DNA of 64,000 nucleotides, taken from the NCBI RefSeq assembly GCF_016097555.1, contig NC_054708.1:62332537-62396536 (forward strand). Direction: 5' to 3'. The DNA comes from Gigantopelta aegis. Taxonomy: Eukaryota. Positions 27,410 through 38,939 of this stretch are shown here, one piece after another (positions within the stretch are counted from its first letter, which is position 1; each line of letters begins with the position of its first letter). Both the position numbers and the translations under genes were made by a program. Under the pieces are notes generated by a model that worked only from the letters and a program-made list of their open reading frames with translations, was not told the DNA's origin and made no database searches.

Positions 27410-28318
27410 TCAACTTTGGAACAGGGCATCAGCGATTACATTGGATGTGCCCTTGATATGTTCAATGGTAATTGGGAATTCCTGCAGAAGAAGACTCCAT
27501 CTCAAAACTCTCTGGTTGGTGGCTTTCATTCTGTGAATGAAAGTAAGCGGATTATGATCAGTAAAGACAACCACTTGATGCAATGCCGATTTCACGTAGA
27601 TCTGAAAGTGCTTCAGAGCTTGTACCATGGCCAAAGCTTCCTTCTCTATAGTGGAATAGTTCACCTGGTGTTTGTCAAACTTTTTGGAGAAGAAACTTAC
27701 AGGATGGTCCAGTTCATTTTCGTCTCCTTGGAACAGCACAGCTCCAGCCCCCACGTCACTGGCATCCACAGCCAGCTTGAAAGGCATTCGATAGTCTGGT
27801 GCTGTCATCATGGGAGACGAGGAGAGCATCTGCTTAAGACGGTTGAATGACTTCTCGCATTCATCTGACCACTGGAACTTCGATTCCTTCTTTAGCAGCG
27901 ATGTGATGGGGGCAGCTACCGTCGCAAATTTAGCACAGAAACGACGGTAATAACCGGCCATACCAAGAAACCGGCGAACTTCACGACGGTTGGTCGGTGC
28001 AGGATACTGGCTGATGCTTAGTGTCTTGGCCTGCAGTGGGGCGACGCAACCATGTCCGACAGTATGACCTAAGTAGGTCACTGAAGCTTTCACGAATTCA
28101 CATTTACCCAGGTTCACAGTCAAGTTAGCTTTCTGTAGGCGACTGAATATTTGTTGTAAACCGGTTAAATGTTCATCCCAAGTGTCGGTGGCTAACACCA
28201 CATCGTCCAGATACACACTGACGTTTTCTAAGTCTGATAACACATGGTTCATCATCCTTTGAAAGGCAGCAGGGCAGTCTTCAAACCAAACGGCATCACT
28301 CGGAATTGGAAGAGGCCG
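27410..28318 (-). pseudogene. pol: pol RT(C-terminal palm/thumb)/RNase H segment of the LTR retrotransposon, Ty3/gypsy-type, with a 1-bp frameshift inside the ...FGLKTAPAAFQ... motif
   Basis: Frame 1 reads ...TPDGLFQFRVMPFGLKTA. After a 1-nt shift the frame continues AAFQRMMNHVLSDLENVSVYLDDVV...LGKCEF... The RNase H segment includes DASDVGAGAVL...YSTIEKEALAMV, and the domain ends ...VIADALFQS before a stop. RT motifs 1-2 are missing. Confidence 0.85.
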
Positions 28319-28760
28319 TCAGGTGTGATGATCGCCAGAATGTCAACTTGCTCATGAAGTTCGTACCCCGGTCGCTTTGAATTTCACCTGGTAAACCCGT
28401 ATACGTGAAGTATTTAAGCAGCGCACTAGCTACAACAGATGCAGTAACCTTCCTTAAAGGAATCACCTCTGGAAAACGCGTAGTTAAGCACATAATTGTT
28501 AACAAGAATTGGTTGCCTGAACGCGTTTTCGGTAATGGCCCCACGACATCTATCAATACTTTTGAACAGGCTTCCCCAACTATGGGAACCTTCTGCAGGG
28601 GATAGGGCGGAATTTGCTGATGATTTGGTTTCCCCACAACCTGACACACATGACATACAATGCTTACTGACATCTGCAAACATTCCCTTCCAATAAAACT
28701 CTGAGGCAAGTTTACTATGAATCTTATTCCGCCCTAAGTGGCCAGCAAACACGTCCTCGT
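28296..28760 (-). pseudogene. pol: Integrase (HHCC zinc-binding region plus start of the DD(35)E core), lying upstream of RT within the element, frameshifted and truncated after ...QSDRGTNF
   Basis: Frame 1 reads LLLAHEDVFAGHLGRNKIHSKLASEFYWKGMFADV. After a shift the frame continues VCHVCQVVGKPN...SKVLIDVVGPLPKT...GEIQSDRGTNFMSKL. The IN core is fused directly to RT motif B sequence at about 28318, which is a deletion junction. Confidence 0.8.
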
Positions 28761-29299
28761 GTGCTAACAATAACAATGACGGATGGTACTTAGAGGGCAC
28801 CACAATTCTACATCTTGTCACACATTCCCCACTATCAGGCACAACCTTCTCCACACTCTTATTCATTAATACTCCCTTGTCCATATAATAACCTGACATC
28901 TGATCCTCCATACCACCCTCAGTTAACAATGTAGTGCGAGCTGCCAGCAAATTTGGATCAGCCCCCTGCTCTAGGATTAACTCTTGTCTATTACAAGGTA
29001 AGTCCCCTCTATCAAACACAACTCGTTCATTTACCCTCTGCGGGAGGTCAACAGGTTCCACCACATTTAGTTCCTCAGTTGACTTATCTACCTCATCCAC
29101 TCCAATTTCATGGCTCACACACGTATCAGACAAATCACAATTTTCCTCTGGGTCTCGTGCTACCCTTCTGGCCATAGCCCTAGTCATTACATACGCAGAA
29201 TATCTAATCTCATAAACCTCACACTCTTCTATGGGTAAAGGGCTGTCTTGAATTAACAATTTGTCACCTGGCGGCTGGCAACACTGACTAGTCAAATCG

Positions 29300-30457
29300 T
29301 TACCCAACAAAACTCCTGTTTTCAAAAGGCAAATCCTTCACAACACCCATAGTGACTGGTCCCGTCACAAACTTCGAACACAAGAAAACGTTATGTAACC
29401 GGACAACCATATTTTCTCCAGTAACCGAGGTTAAGGCCAAACTACGTCCTGTATCTGAATTCTCTATACCAGCTAAACAATCTGACGTTATAAGAGACTG
29501 GCTACACCCTGTATCTCGATAGATTGATATTGCCTTAGGACTCAACTCTTGTTTTACATAACAAACCATACCAGTGGACACATACGGGTTTACTTTCTCT
29601 GCCATGGGACTAACCATTAACTCTCTCGCTAACGGAGCTGACCTCACTAAACCGACCACTTGCGCATTATCGCGTTTCCTTTTAAAACAGTCCCCGACAA
29701 GATGGTTATCCTTTTTACAGTAACTGCAATGTGGACGAAAAGTTCGTGCATTGGCTGATAATGCAGGCCTATCCTTACTTTGCCCACCAGGTACATTCCT
29801 TGCCTGACTAGCTGACCAACTAGATGACTCTCCCCGATAGTTACTTTCCCGGGAAAAACCTGGCTGAAATTTCTTCTTATCACCCTGTTGTATAGAGCTA
29901 CCCTGTACTGCCTGAGCTTTGTGTATTAACATGTAATCATCTGCCGCTATGCCTGCCTCCTCTATTTTTTTTATATCACGATCCTCTAAATGAATACGTA
30001 AGCTAACTGGTAATCCATTTTTAATGTCCTGTAAGATCAACAATTCCCGTAACTCGGTATATGACCCTACCTGATGAGAAACCACCCATTTATCAAACAA
30101 CCCTGCTTTCTTAGCCACGAACTCACTAAAAGACTGACCCTGCGTTTTCTTCAACTCGCTATACCGTAAATGATAATCCTCAGGTCGTAACTCATAAGCC
30201 CTCAACACTGCAGACGTAACTAGGTCGTACTGACTTGCTCGCTCATCACTCATTGAATTATAAGCTACGCTAGCCTTCCCCTTAAACTTAGACTGCGGCC
30301 AATTTAGCTGCTTAGTGGCCCGTTCAAAAAGTTGGAAGAACATATCTACCTCCTGGTCGTCAAATACAGGCACTGATCTATAAGCCTCCGACATGTTAAA
30401 CCCATTTCCTGCCTCTCGTCTAACTTTTTCAGTATTCAACATTAACTCATGTTCCAC
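29300..30457 (-). CDS. gag-pro: gag-protease ORF of the LTR retrotransposon (385 aa). It has a CCHC zinc knuckle (CSYCKKDNHLVGDC) and an aspartic protease motif (YRDTGCSQSLI).
   Basis: The ORF is uninterrupted. Both motifs were read in the translation. The 299-aa ORF at 28426-29325 continues into the IN N-terminus. Confidence 0.8.
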   Translation of the reverse strand: MEHELMLNTEKVRREAGNGFNMSEAYRSVPVFDDQEVDMFFQLFERATKQLNWPQSKFKGKASVAYNSMSDERASQYDLVTSAVLRAYELRPEDYHLRYSELKKTQGQSFSEFVAKKAGLFDKWVVSHQVGSYTELRELLILQDIKNGLPVSLRIHLEDRDIKKIEEAGIAADDYMLIHKAQAVQGSSIQQGDKKKFQPGFSRESNYRGESSSWSASQARNVPGGQSKDRPALSANARTFRPHCSYCKKDNHLVGDCFKRKRDNAQVVGLVRSAPLARELMVSPMAEKVNPYVSTGMVCYVKQELSPKAISIYRDTGCSQSLITSDCLAGIENSDTGRSLALTSVTGENMVVRLHNVFLCSKFVTGPVTMGVVKDLPFENRSFVG

Positions 30458-31183
30458 TTTTAATTTTGCTAACTAGAATTCTCTATCCCTATCTCTCTTC
30501 TCTTTCTCTCTCTCTCTCTCTTCTCTATCTCTATCTTCTCTTTCTCTCTCTATCTTCTTTTTTTCTCTCTCTCTCTATCTCGCTTTCTCTCTTCTCTATC
30601 TAATGCACGTTCTTCTCTTTCGTACTCGTTTTTTAAAAGCTAACTGTTGTTCCACACTTAACTCATTTATCTCTATCTCTGGAACAACCTCACTGTCTTC
30701 CATAACAGGCATATCACCAAAAACTTCCTGGATAATAATTGTCTTTATATCACTTAATGTTTTAGCTGATGTTAAATAAATTTCTCGCTCACTCGCGATT
30801 TCAACTAATTCGGCCTTACGCGCTCGCTTAATCTCCACTACACTGAGCGTAGGCCTATCCAGCAAATTCTTATCCATATTTAGGTATGACGCACTTATTA
30901 TTATTTTTTTCTAGTGAACAACGTTGCTACTTCTAGTGAATTTGTAAAAATAATTTATAAAGCCCCCATTTATAAACAATACTTTTTAAATATGCATGTC
31001 CCGTTTCAGATCCGGGACGAGCACCCCAATTTTTACTCCTGTCACGGGGATCCTATAATACCCGTAACTGAATAAAACATGATTATCCAAATATCTCTCC
31101 TAACTGTATATCTATTTGATCTCTCTGTATCGGGCAGTCTAATACCCGAGTGGCTCGGCTCTATGTATAATCAGAGATAAGAT

Positions 31184-31235
<52 letters not shown>

Positions 31236-31238
<3 letters not shown>

Positions 31239-32840
31239 TACTCAAAAGAATTTAAGGGTCAACAATTTATAACCAAATAAGTTTCAGAGTGTATTAGATT
31301 GATGATGTAAACTACACCAAATTTTTTATTTATTGTTATATATTTACAAAAAAACACAAATAAACGTCACTGTATACAAGAAAGTCACATTACATGCTGT
31401 CAAAGTTGAAGGTTGTCAAACATGGATTTTACACATTAGAACATTCGTTTAATAGTGTGTGAAGCCACCCCTGGCGCGAATACACTCGACACATCGTTGC
31501 CTCATGCTGTTGATCAGACGTCTGAAGGACTCTTGGGGAATGGCCTGCCACTCTGCCATAAGAAGTTGACCCAGATCATGAAGGTTGGCCGGAGGGGCAT
31601 GGTTATCCCGAACTCTCCTGCCTAATTCGTCCCAGGCGTGCTCTGTTGGGGCCAAGTCAGGCGAATATGCTGGCCAATCCATCCTGGCGATACCTTGTTG
31701 TCTGAGAAAGTCCGTTACCACCCTGGCGCGGTGGGGTCTGGCATTGTCATCCTGCAGAACTGCCCCGCCGCCAATCTGCTGAAGGCCTGGGAGAACCAAC
31801 GGCCGGATAATCTTATTCAGATAGCGGATTCCATTCAGATTGCCATCCACCACATAGAGGGGGGTCCTGTGGTGGATAGAGATGCCGCCCCACACCATGA
31901 CGCTGCCACCACCGAACCAGTGACGTTGTCTAACGTTAACGTCAGCGAAGCGCTCCCCAGGACGTCTGTAGACACGAACCCGACCGTCGTTGAACTGGAG
32001 ACTAAACCTGGACTCATCAGTGAACATCACTCGACCCCACTGAACACGTTGCCACCGCAGATGAAGCGTGCACCAGTGACGTCTGGCCGTTCTGTGACGT
32101 GGTAGGAGTGGTGGTCGAACAGCCTGGCGACGGCAGTGTAGATTATTGGCTCTCAGACGATTGCGTATGGTTTGATCAGACACTCGAGTTCCAGTCGCAG
32201 TCCGCAGATTGTCACGTAATCGGCGTGCAGTGGTTGTGCGTTGACGTAGAGCCATATTGGTGATGTAGCAGTCCTCTCTATTTGTAGTGCTTCGGGGTCT
32301 TCCCGAACGTGGACGATTTCGAACAGAATTCGTTGCTTGGTACCGTTGCCACAGTCGGCCAACGACACTCTGACTGACACCAAGTCTCAGAGCAACATTT
32401 CTTTGCGTACTGCCATCCTGAAGCCAAGCAATAGCCCTTCCTCGATCTTCGATAGTCAGTTGAAGTCGTACCATTGTCGAATTTGGAGTGTGCACCGTAC
32501 ACGAACGCAAGCTCCAATTATACGGAAATTCAGCACTGGGAACATGGAATACACGTGCAAAGCGTGCAAATGAAGCGCTTTGTGAAAAAGCAAGTTATGG
32601 GCACTTAGCAGACCTTTCGCTTTCGCCCTAATTTACGTGCAAATGTAAGCATGTTTTCGCCATTAGAACTAGTCGACAATGTCAATGACAGTGGATTTTA
32701 ATTCATTTATGGGTTGCTTAGACCCACTTTCGTCAAAATGGAACAATACCATGCGTGACATTATGGTCTAGCTAATATAATTGACATTCAGAAAATAATG
32801 TCGAAAATATCGTCTGACCCTTAAATTCTTTTGAGTAGTA
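31236..32840 (-). mobile_element. Complete Tc1/mariner DNA transposon (about 1.6 kb) with 25-bp TIRs (TACTACTCAAAAGAATTTAAGGGTC / GACCCTTAAATTCTTTTGAGTAGTA), inserted at TA within the (TA)n of the retrotransposon 5' LTR
   Basis: The TIRs are perfect reverse complements read directly. The element encloses an intact transposase ORF. Confidence 0.9.
31449..32510 (-). CDS. Tc1-family DDE transposase, 353 aa, uninterrupted. The real start is probably the internal M at 32474 (MVRLQLTIEDRG...).
   Basis: It has the paired-like HTH region ...RPRSGRPRSTT... and the catalytic triad contexts FTDESRF, LQDDNARPH and SPDLAPTEHAW. Confidence 0.9.
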   Translation of the reverse strand: MRSCTVHTPNSTMVRLQLTIEDRGRAIAWLQDGSTQRNVALRLGVSQSVVGRLWQRYQATNSVRNRPRSGRPRSTTNREDCYITNMALRQRTTTARRLRDNLRTATGTRVSDQTIRNRLRANNLHCRRQAVRPPLLPRHRTARRHWCTLHLRWQRVQWGRVMFTDESRFSLQFNDGRVRVYRRPGERFADVNVRQRHWFGGGSVMVWGGISIHHRTPLYVVDGNLNGIRYLNKIIRPLVLPGLQQIGGGAVLQDDNARPHRARVVTDFLRQQGIARMDWPAYSPDLAPTEHAWDELGRRVRDNHAPPANLHDLGQLLMAEWQAIPQESFRRLINSMRQRCVECIRARGGFTHY

Positions 32841-32923
32841 TATATATACTTGTATATATATAATTTGTCCAACCCCCTTTCTGTCCTTGACTGGACAGTG
32901 TCCCCAGGACAGCGTGCTTGAAC

Positions 32924-32990
<67 letters not shown>

Positions 32991-35489
32991 CACGTTTAGT
33001 TCAATAGAAAACACAACAAAACACAATACACTTTGGAATCTGTATTAACACTATGCTGACAAATATACTTGCCGCAGTAGTTAATTAACAACAACAATAT
33101 AATAACAACCCAGAGCTAATCACTTAATTAGTTAATCACTAGGTGTCTAGTTTACACAATATTCTAATCACTTCACGGTAATACAACCCACACACGTGTG
33201 ATAATTGAGAAACGCTGCCAGGGGAACTTAATTCATAAAGGAATTACAACTCTATTCCTAACTGGTTAATTTTTAATTAACCCTTAAATTCTCATTCAGT
33301 AACCTTGTAATATAGAATTAATACTGGTACATATCACCATAAAGACAATAACCTACAGTTTACCTAGGTCCTCTAGGATGACCGGCTAAGCTTTATCTTA
33401 CCAAATGCTCGCATAAAAATATTAGAGCAGTGAAGCCAACAATTTACTTCGTCAGATTACCGGAGACACTGTCTAAAGAATATTGGTATAATACAGTATT
33501 AAAATATTTAAAGTCACATCAATCACATCAAGGTTATACAACAGAGCAGAAAAATACATTTACCAGTCCAGTCGGACAAACGTTCCCCGGGAGCCTTCCA
33601 ATGTTTCTCCTCCATATCTCTAAAATCCTATCTATTTATTCAAAAATCTCAGAGACAGCGAATATCGCCTGGGGGCACAACGCGGTACCTCACCTACCAT
33701 GTGATATTTCCACAACTCCCAGGGATGGTATTTTTTCTTAGATGGCCAGACTTACTGTCGCCAGTTCGCTAGAAATACCCCGGTCGTAAACCGCACTACC
33801 GGAGTTATTACGTAACTACTGACCACATGGCCTCCACAACTGGTCTAAGTGCATATTGGGACGCAGCTCTACCACGTCGCGCGGGGGTATTACGTAACCA
33901 AGCTGCACACGACCCTCTAAAACAATTAACATCGGCACAGGCGAAAAGATAAGAGCATGTTCCGTCATGAAAATTATGATACGGAATGTCCTGGAGATAT
34001 TCAGTTAAAATTTTGTTTTGTTTAACGACACCACTAGAGCACACTGGTGTATTAATCACAGACTATTGGATAACTTATGGGAGGTTAGTAGCAAGGGATC
34101 TAAAGATTCTTTTATATGCACCATTCTACAGACAGAGCCTTTTTAACGACTAAAATGACAGATTAAATACATGGTCCTGTTTAAAATACCACTGTCCATG
34201 TATCCAGTGTTTCTGGTCGTTTTAAATTTTGCAGTAACCCAAACTGGGTTTTACTTACCAATAATAAGTTTCATATTTGTGCCTTTTTATTTCTTCATTC
34301 ACCAATTCATTTATTCATTAAAAATAATCACGTCCTCAAACCATACCACGTAGGTCCATGGGTGAGCTTGTCATTATTTCTCTTTAGGTTGTGGCTTCAA
34401 ACTTGGTCTACATGTCTGCTTTCGTTTTTATTTTTGGGGAAAATATACCCACTAATTATATTATAGATCACTAATTAACCAAATAAAGCTATAGCACAAT
34501 TTGTCCAACCCCCTTTCTGTCCTTGACTGGACAGTGTCCCCAGGACAGCGTGCTTGAACATTATTTTAATATGGGCACATCAAATTCCACAGGATAGCAC
34601 ATACCACGGCCTTTGATATATCAATCGTGGCGCACTGGCTGGAACAAGAAACAGTCCAATGGGCCCACCGTCGGGGATCGTTCCCGACCGCGCATCAAGT
34701 GGACGCTTCACCACTGGGCTACGTCCCGCTCCCAAAACACAGAGAACATACCTTAACAATAAGGATACATTTGTGCAACTTTGAAATTTCTGTTGTGGGT
34801 ACAGATACCCCCATAACCCAGAGCCCGTTTATCCTAGTGGCACATGTAGCATGTGCTACGGACACCCCGGTGTGTACATTTATCCATCCCCCCCCCCCCC
34901 CCTCCTCTCCCCCGAGTGGGTTGCAAAAAAAGGATATCCGCCGTTATTTGTACTACTCTGTACAGGCTCCGCGGATCCTAAAACCGGTTCTGCCATAACC
35001 CTTGAATAATTTTTAATTCAGTTTTACAATTAATAGTGAAACCATAATAAAATAAATGTTAGTTTTTCATCCATTTTTATGTAAACATGGGAATAGGATG
35101 TGGGATGAATGACATTAAAATTTTCAGGACATACCACATGGTATAAAGGACACATTTTTGAGATGGCCAATAAAAAGGGTGGTGGTTGGTCAGAGACGAC
35201 ACTTTAGTATTCATTTCATTATGGTCCTGGGGCAGGACGTAGCCCAGTAGTAAAGCGCTCGCTTGATGTGCATTCGGTCTGGGATCGATCCCTGTCAGTG
35301 GGCCCAGTGAGTTATTTCTCGTTCGAGCCTGTGTACAACTGGTATATCAAAGGATGTGGTATGTGCTATCCTGTCCATGGGATGGCGCATATAAAAGATA
35401 TCTTGCTACTAATGAACAAGAGTACTGGTGAGGTACATGATACACCTGTCAGGAGTTTGATGGAAAACCATATTGTAAGTGACACACCA

Positions 35490-35700
35490 CTATCCTAAGT
35501 TGTTCCTACATGTGAGGTTTGATGTTCCTATATGCAAGATATGGTCCGGACAAGGATTTACCGTTATGTGCAGTAGACTGTGAAAAGTAGGTCACAGTCA
35601 CCTAGTAATAGTACGCGGCACATCACCATCCCATGTTGTTCCTACATGTGAGGTTCGATGGTTCTGTATGCATCTGTATCCAAGATATGGTGAGGACAAG
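35490..35700. repeat. Two units of a roughly 120-bp satellite (…GTGCAGTAGACTGTGAAAAGTAGGTCACAGTCACCTAGTAATAGTA…CATCCCA.GTTGTTCCTACATGTGAGGTT.GATGGT.CTGTATGCA…AAGATATGGTCCGGACAAGGATTTAC). The same family forms a 6-7 unit array at 38050-38790.
   Basis: Direct comparison. 35410-35700 is duplicated at 37975-38300, including the preceding segment gagtactggtgaggtacatgatac... Confidence 0.85.
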
Positions 35701-36808
35701 AAAAAAATAACAGACGGATGTATGGACGGACAATGCCACACCATAATACGACCCATCACAGACGGGCATATAATAAATGCAGCAGGTTTCCTCTCTAAGA
35801 CAAAAATGTCAATGATTAATATATCAGTGCTCTAGTGGTGTCGTTAAACAAAACCTTTTTTTATTATGATCCATTGATAATGGCTGCTCATTATGCAGCA
35901 AAATAGTTTAATCAAGAAGAATGTGGAGTCTCCGTCAGCAAGGCAACTGGCCCCAAGTCTTTGTAATCATCTCTTCTCCTAAATGTTACAAACTCACCTT
36001 GATCTTTGTAGTCAACTATCAAAAAGTTACCAATTCGTCACAATGAATAATAAACCAGAGTTTAACATTCTAATAATTGTAGCAAATATCTCTCAAAACA
36101 CAATTCCTTTCTTATCAGCAAACATAAATCGGAGTTTGTTATTTTCTGATTATTGTAACCTAAATACAACAGTAATGATCATTCACGTCTTGTGCCATGT
36201 CCTGCACAGGACTTTGCCCTGGTACTCGCAAAATTTGTGAATTTCAAAAACAAATTGGTGAATTTGGTTTTAATTCGGTAAAATAATTTCATGAAAATTT
36301 TCTGCTTTCCCAGAGCTAGTCGAACCCTGCAAAATGATAACAGAGAACACCAGGATGTTCAGTAGCAGGCGGCAAGTGGTTAGTTTCTGCAGCCACCATC
36401 GTCTGCTTTTCATGCTAATAAGTATATACTTCGCTGCACGCTGTAGATGTCTATTTTTCTTAAACAGCCTCCTACTTTTAAAATAATGAATACCCTAAAC
36501 AATGCTTTTTTTTATGTGTATGCAGCCCCATAGGAAGATATCTTGTGGGGATGGTGAAACACAATTCCTGGAAGGGGGGGGGGGGGGGGGGGGTATGGAC
36601 ACAAGCCACATTTGTATCTTTATTTATATAGAGAACAAAAAAAACCTGTGCATTTTCGTCCTCAAGTAGGGATAAATACACAGTCCCCTTCTCCTGGATC
36701 CTATGTGTCCAGTATGTAAAATCAACACTCAAAACCACAAATGTATTTAAAATAATCACATTTATATTTACAAAAAAGAGAAAATAACAATAATAACAAT
36801 ATTGAAGG

Positions 36809-37083
36809 ATATCAAACGGCATCCTCCCCGTCCTCTATCTCCTCTACACTGTTTTCATCATCGTCATTGTCGAACTCTCCGTTCACCGTGATAATAAAGT
36901 CTTCTCCTTCCCTCGGCTCCGTCACGACATCGCAGCCCTCGCTGTCTTCGTCGCTGACCAGCACAGCGGTGCCATTCGTCTGGGTGTCTCCAGTAGCGGA
37001 GTCGGTGATGCTGGCGTCTCCAGACACGTTCTGATCTCTCTCCTTCTTCTTGTCACGCTTGCCTTTCTGCTCACTTCTGTAAG
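36809..37083 (-). CDS. POLE3: DNA polymerase epsilon subunit 3 (POLE3/CHRAC17-like), terminal coding exon: ...(LE)AYRSEQKGKRDKKKERDQNVSGDASITDS...acidic tail...EDGEDAV*
   Basis: The acceptor ttccag is read on the minus strand at 37084-37087. Joined to the upstream exon it gives ...PLKTCLEAYRSEQKGK..., compared with human POLE3 ...PLKEALEAYRREQKGKK... It has an acidic D/E-rich C-terminus like POLE3. An AATAAA lies on the minus strand at about 36621. Confidence 0.85.
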
Positions 37084-38820
37084 CTGGAATTACAGCAAAA
37101 GCTGAGAGAGTTAATCATTTTTCAATTACACAGAATTGATTTTCTCGATGGTGAACCCATCAATGCCAGAAAGTATCCTGTGTGAACTTATTATAAGAAT
37201 TTAATTGCTTGAAATCTATTCTGGATATTAGAATCAATTTTCTTTTAAAGTGTCATTTTACTGAGTGAAAAAACAAAACAAAAAAACCCGGGAAAAACCC
37301 CACACACACAGTAAATGCCGGTAATTGTGACATTCAAGATAATCTTAAGAGATTTGAACGAGTTTAGAAGTACATGCAGCTTGACAGTTTTAATTGCAGG
37401 TGCTAGCACAAAAACATATCACCACACATGCAGGTTCTGTGAAGCCACACCATTGAATAGTGTAATTAATATCCAGTGCTGTTAAATATAGATTTCAAAA
37501 TACCCATATAATCACCAAAAACAGATTTTTAATAAACCCAATTACATGCCGTGTAAGTCTAATGCAGACTCAGTCTTTATAATACATTTGTAATCCTTTG
37601 AGAAAAAAACTTATATGCCAGACAAAGATGCCTGTAAACAGTTAATGTCCATGTTCTTGCACTTGCAGACTATCTACTGTAATATTGTCTTGTATTGTTT
37701 TTTTCTCTCTCCCATTCATACCATTACTTTTGTTTTCCTTAAACTCTCATGGTTTTAAAGACAGAAAAAAGAAATCTGTAAACCAAGAATTTTTAATTCT
37801 TAAATTTCTTTGTATAAATGATGGATTTTTTTTTGGGGGGGGGTGGGGGGGATTTAAACCATTCAAGTAATTACTGTTATATTTTAGGTGGTGGTTTTTC
37901 TTTAAAAAAATTTTATTCAAATTAAGGAAAGTAGTTCCTGTTATATCTCACCGGTCATTTGTGTAATGTTGTTGTTCACTGTACAAACAAGAGTACTGGT
38001 GAGGTACATGATACGACCATCAGGAGTTTGATGGAAAACCATATCTATATTAATGATTATGTTACGTGTATGATTCAATTCTAATTATGAGAAAATTTTG
38101 CTGTGAAAAGCAGGTCACAGAGACCTAGTAATAGTATGCGACACACACCCATCCCAAGTTGTTCTTACATGTGAGGTTTGATGGTCCTGTATGCAAGATA
38201 TGGTCCAGACAAGGATTTACTGTTATGTGCAGTAGACCGTGAAAAGTAGGTCACAGTGACCTAGTAATAGTAGGTGACACACCGCCATCCCAAGTTGGTC
38301 CTACACGTGAGGTTTGATGGTCCTGTATGCAAGATATGGTCCGGACAAGGATTTACTGTTATGTGCAGCAGACCGTGAAAAGTAGGTCACAGTGACCTAG
38401 TAATAGTAGGTGACACACCGCCATCCCAAGCTGCTCCTACATGTGAGGTTTGATGGTCCTGTATGCAAGATATGGTCCGGACAAGGATTTATTGTTATGT
38501 GCAGTAGACCATGAAAAGTAGGTCACAGTGACCTAGTAATAGTATGCGACACACCGCCATTCCAAGTTGGAGACACCATCATCCCAAGTTGTTCCTACAT
38601 GTGAGGTTTGATGGTCACAGAGACCTAGTAATAGTATGCAACACACCACCATCCCAAGTTGTTCCTACATGTCAGGTTTGATGGTCCTGTATGCATCTGT
38701 ACGCAAGATATGGTCCGGACAAGGATTTATGTGCAGTAGACCGTGAAAAGTAGGTCACAGTGACCTAGTAATAGTATGCGAGACACCGCCATCATAGATG
38801 CTCGTATATAAATGTGTTAC

Positions 38821-38939
38821 CTTCTAGACAGGTTTTGAGAGGGTCACAGAACTGTTCAAACTCCATATCCTCCATCGCAGAGATCACGTCTTGGGCTGAG
38901 ATTGTTTTTCTCTTGCCTTTCATCGCAAAGTTGTTGGAG
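38821..38939 (-). CDS. POLE3: POLE3 internal exon: (C)[39 protein letters not shown](G...)
   Basis: Near-identity to human POLE3 ([39 protein letters not shown]). The acceptor tttcag and donor GTAACA were read on the minus strand, and the phases match the neighbouring exons. Confidence 0.9.

Larger units (their letters stand above)
31031..33967 (-). mobile_element. 5' LTR of the same retrotransposon, split by a nested Tc1/mariner insertion (31236-32840) and a roughly 70-bp SINE-tail fragment (32850-32925) inside its (TA)n tract. A candidate primer-binding site TGGGGTGCTCGTCCCGG lies on the element strand 12 nt inside the LTR (plus-strand 31003-31019).
   Basis: 31031-31190 matches 26029-26170 and 32990-33967 matches 26220-27186. 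The LTR ends are TG/CA. A possible 4-bp TSD GAAA lies at 26024-26027 / 33969-33972. Confidence 0.85.

Noticed and set aside
27416-29215. Several + strand ORFs (144, 66, 93, 74 aa) antisense to the retrotransposon pol and gag
   Set aside because: They are antisense to a recognisable coding region and have no homology features.
30596-30877. 93-aa ORF in the retrotransposon leader upstream of gag
   Set aside because: No recognisable domain. It could be an N-terminal gag extension separated by a frameshift, but there is no support for a separate gene.
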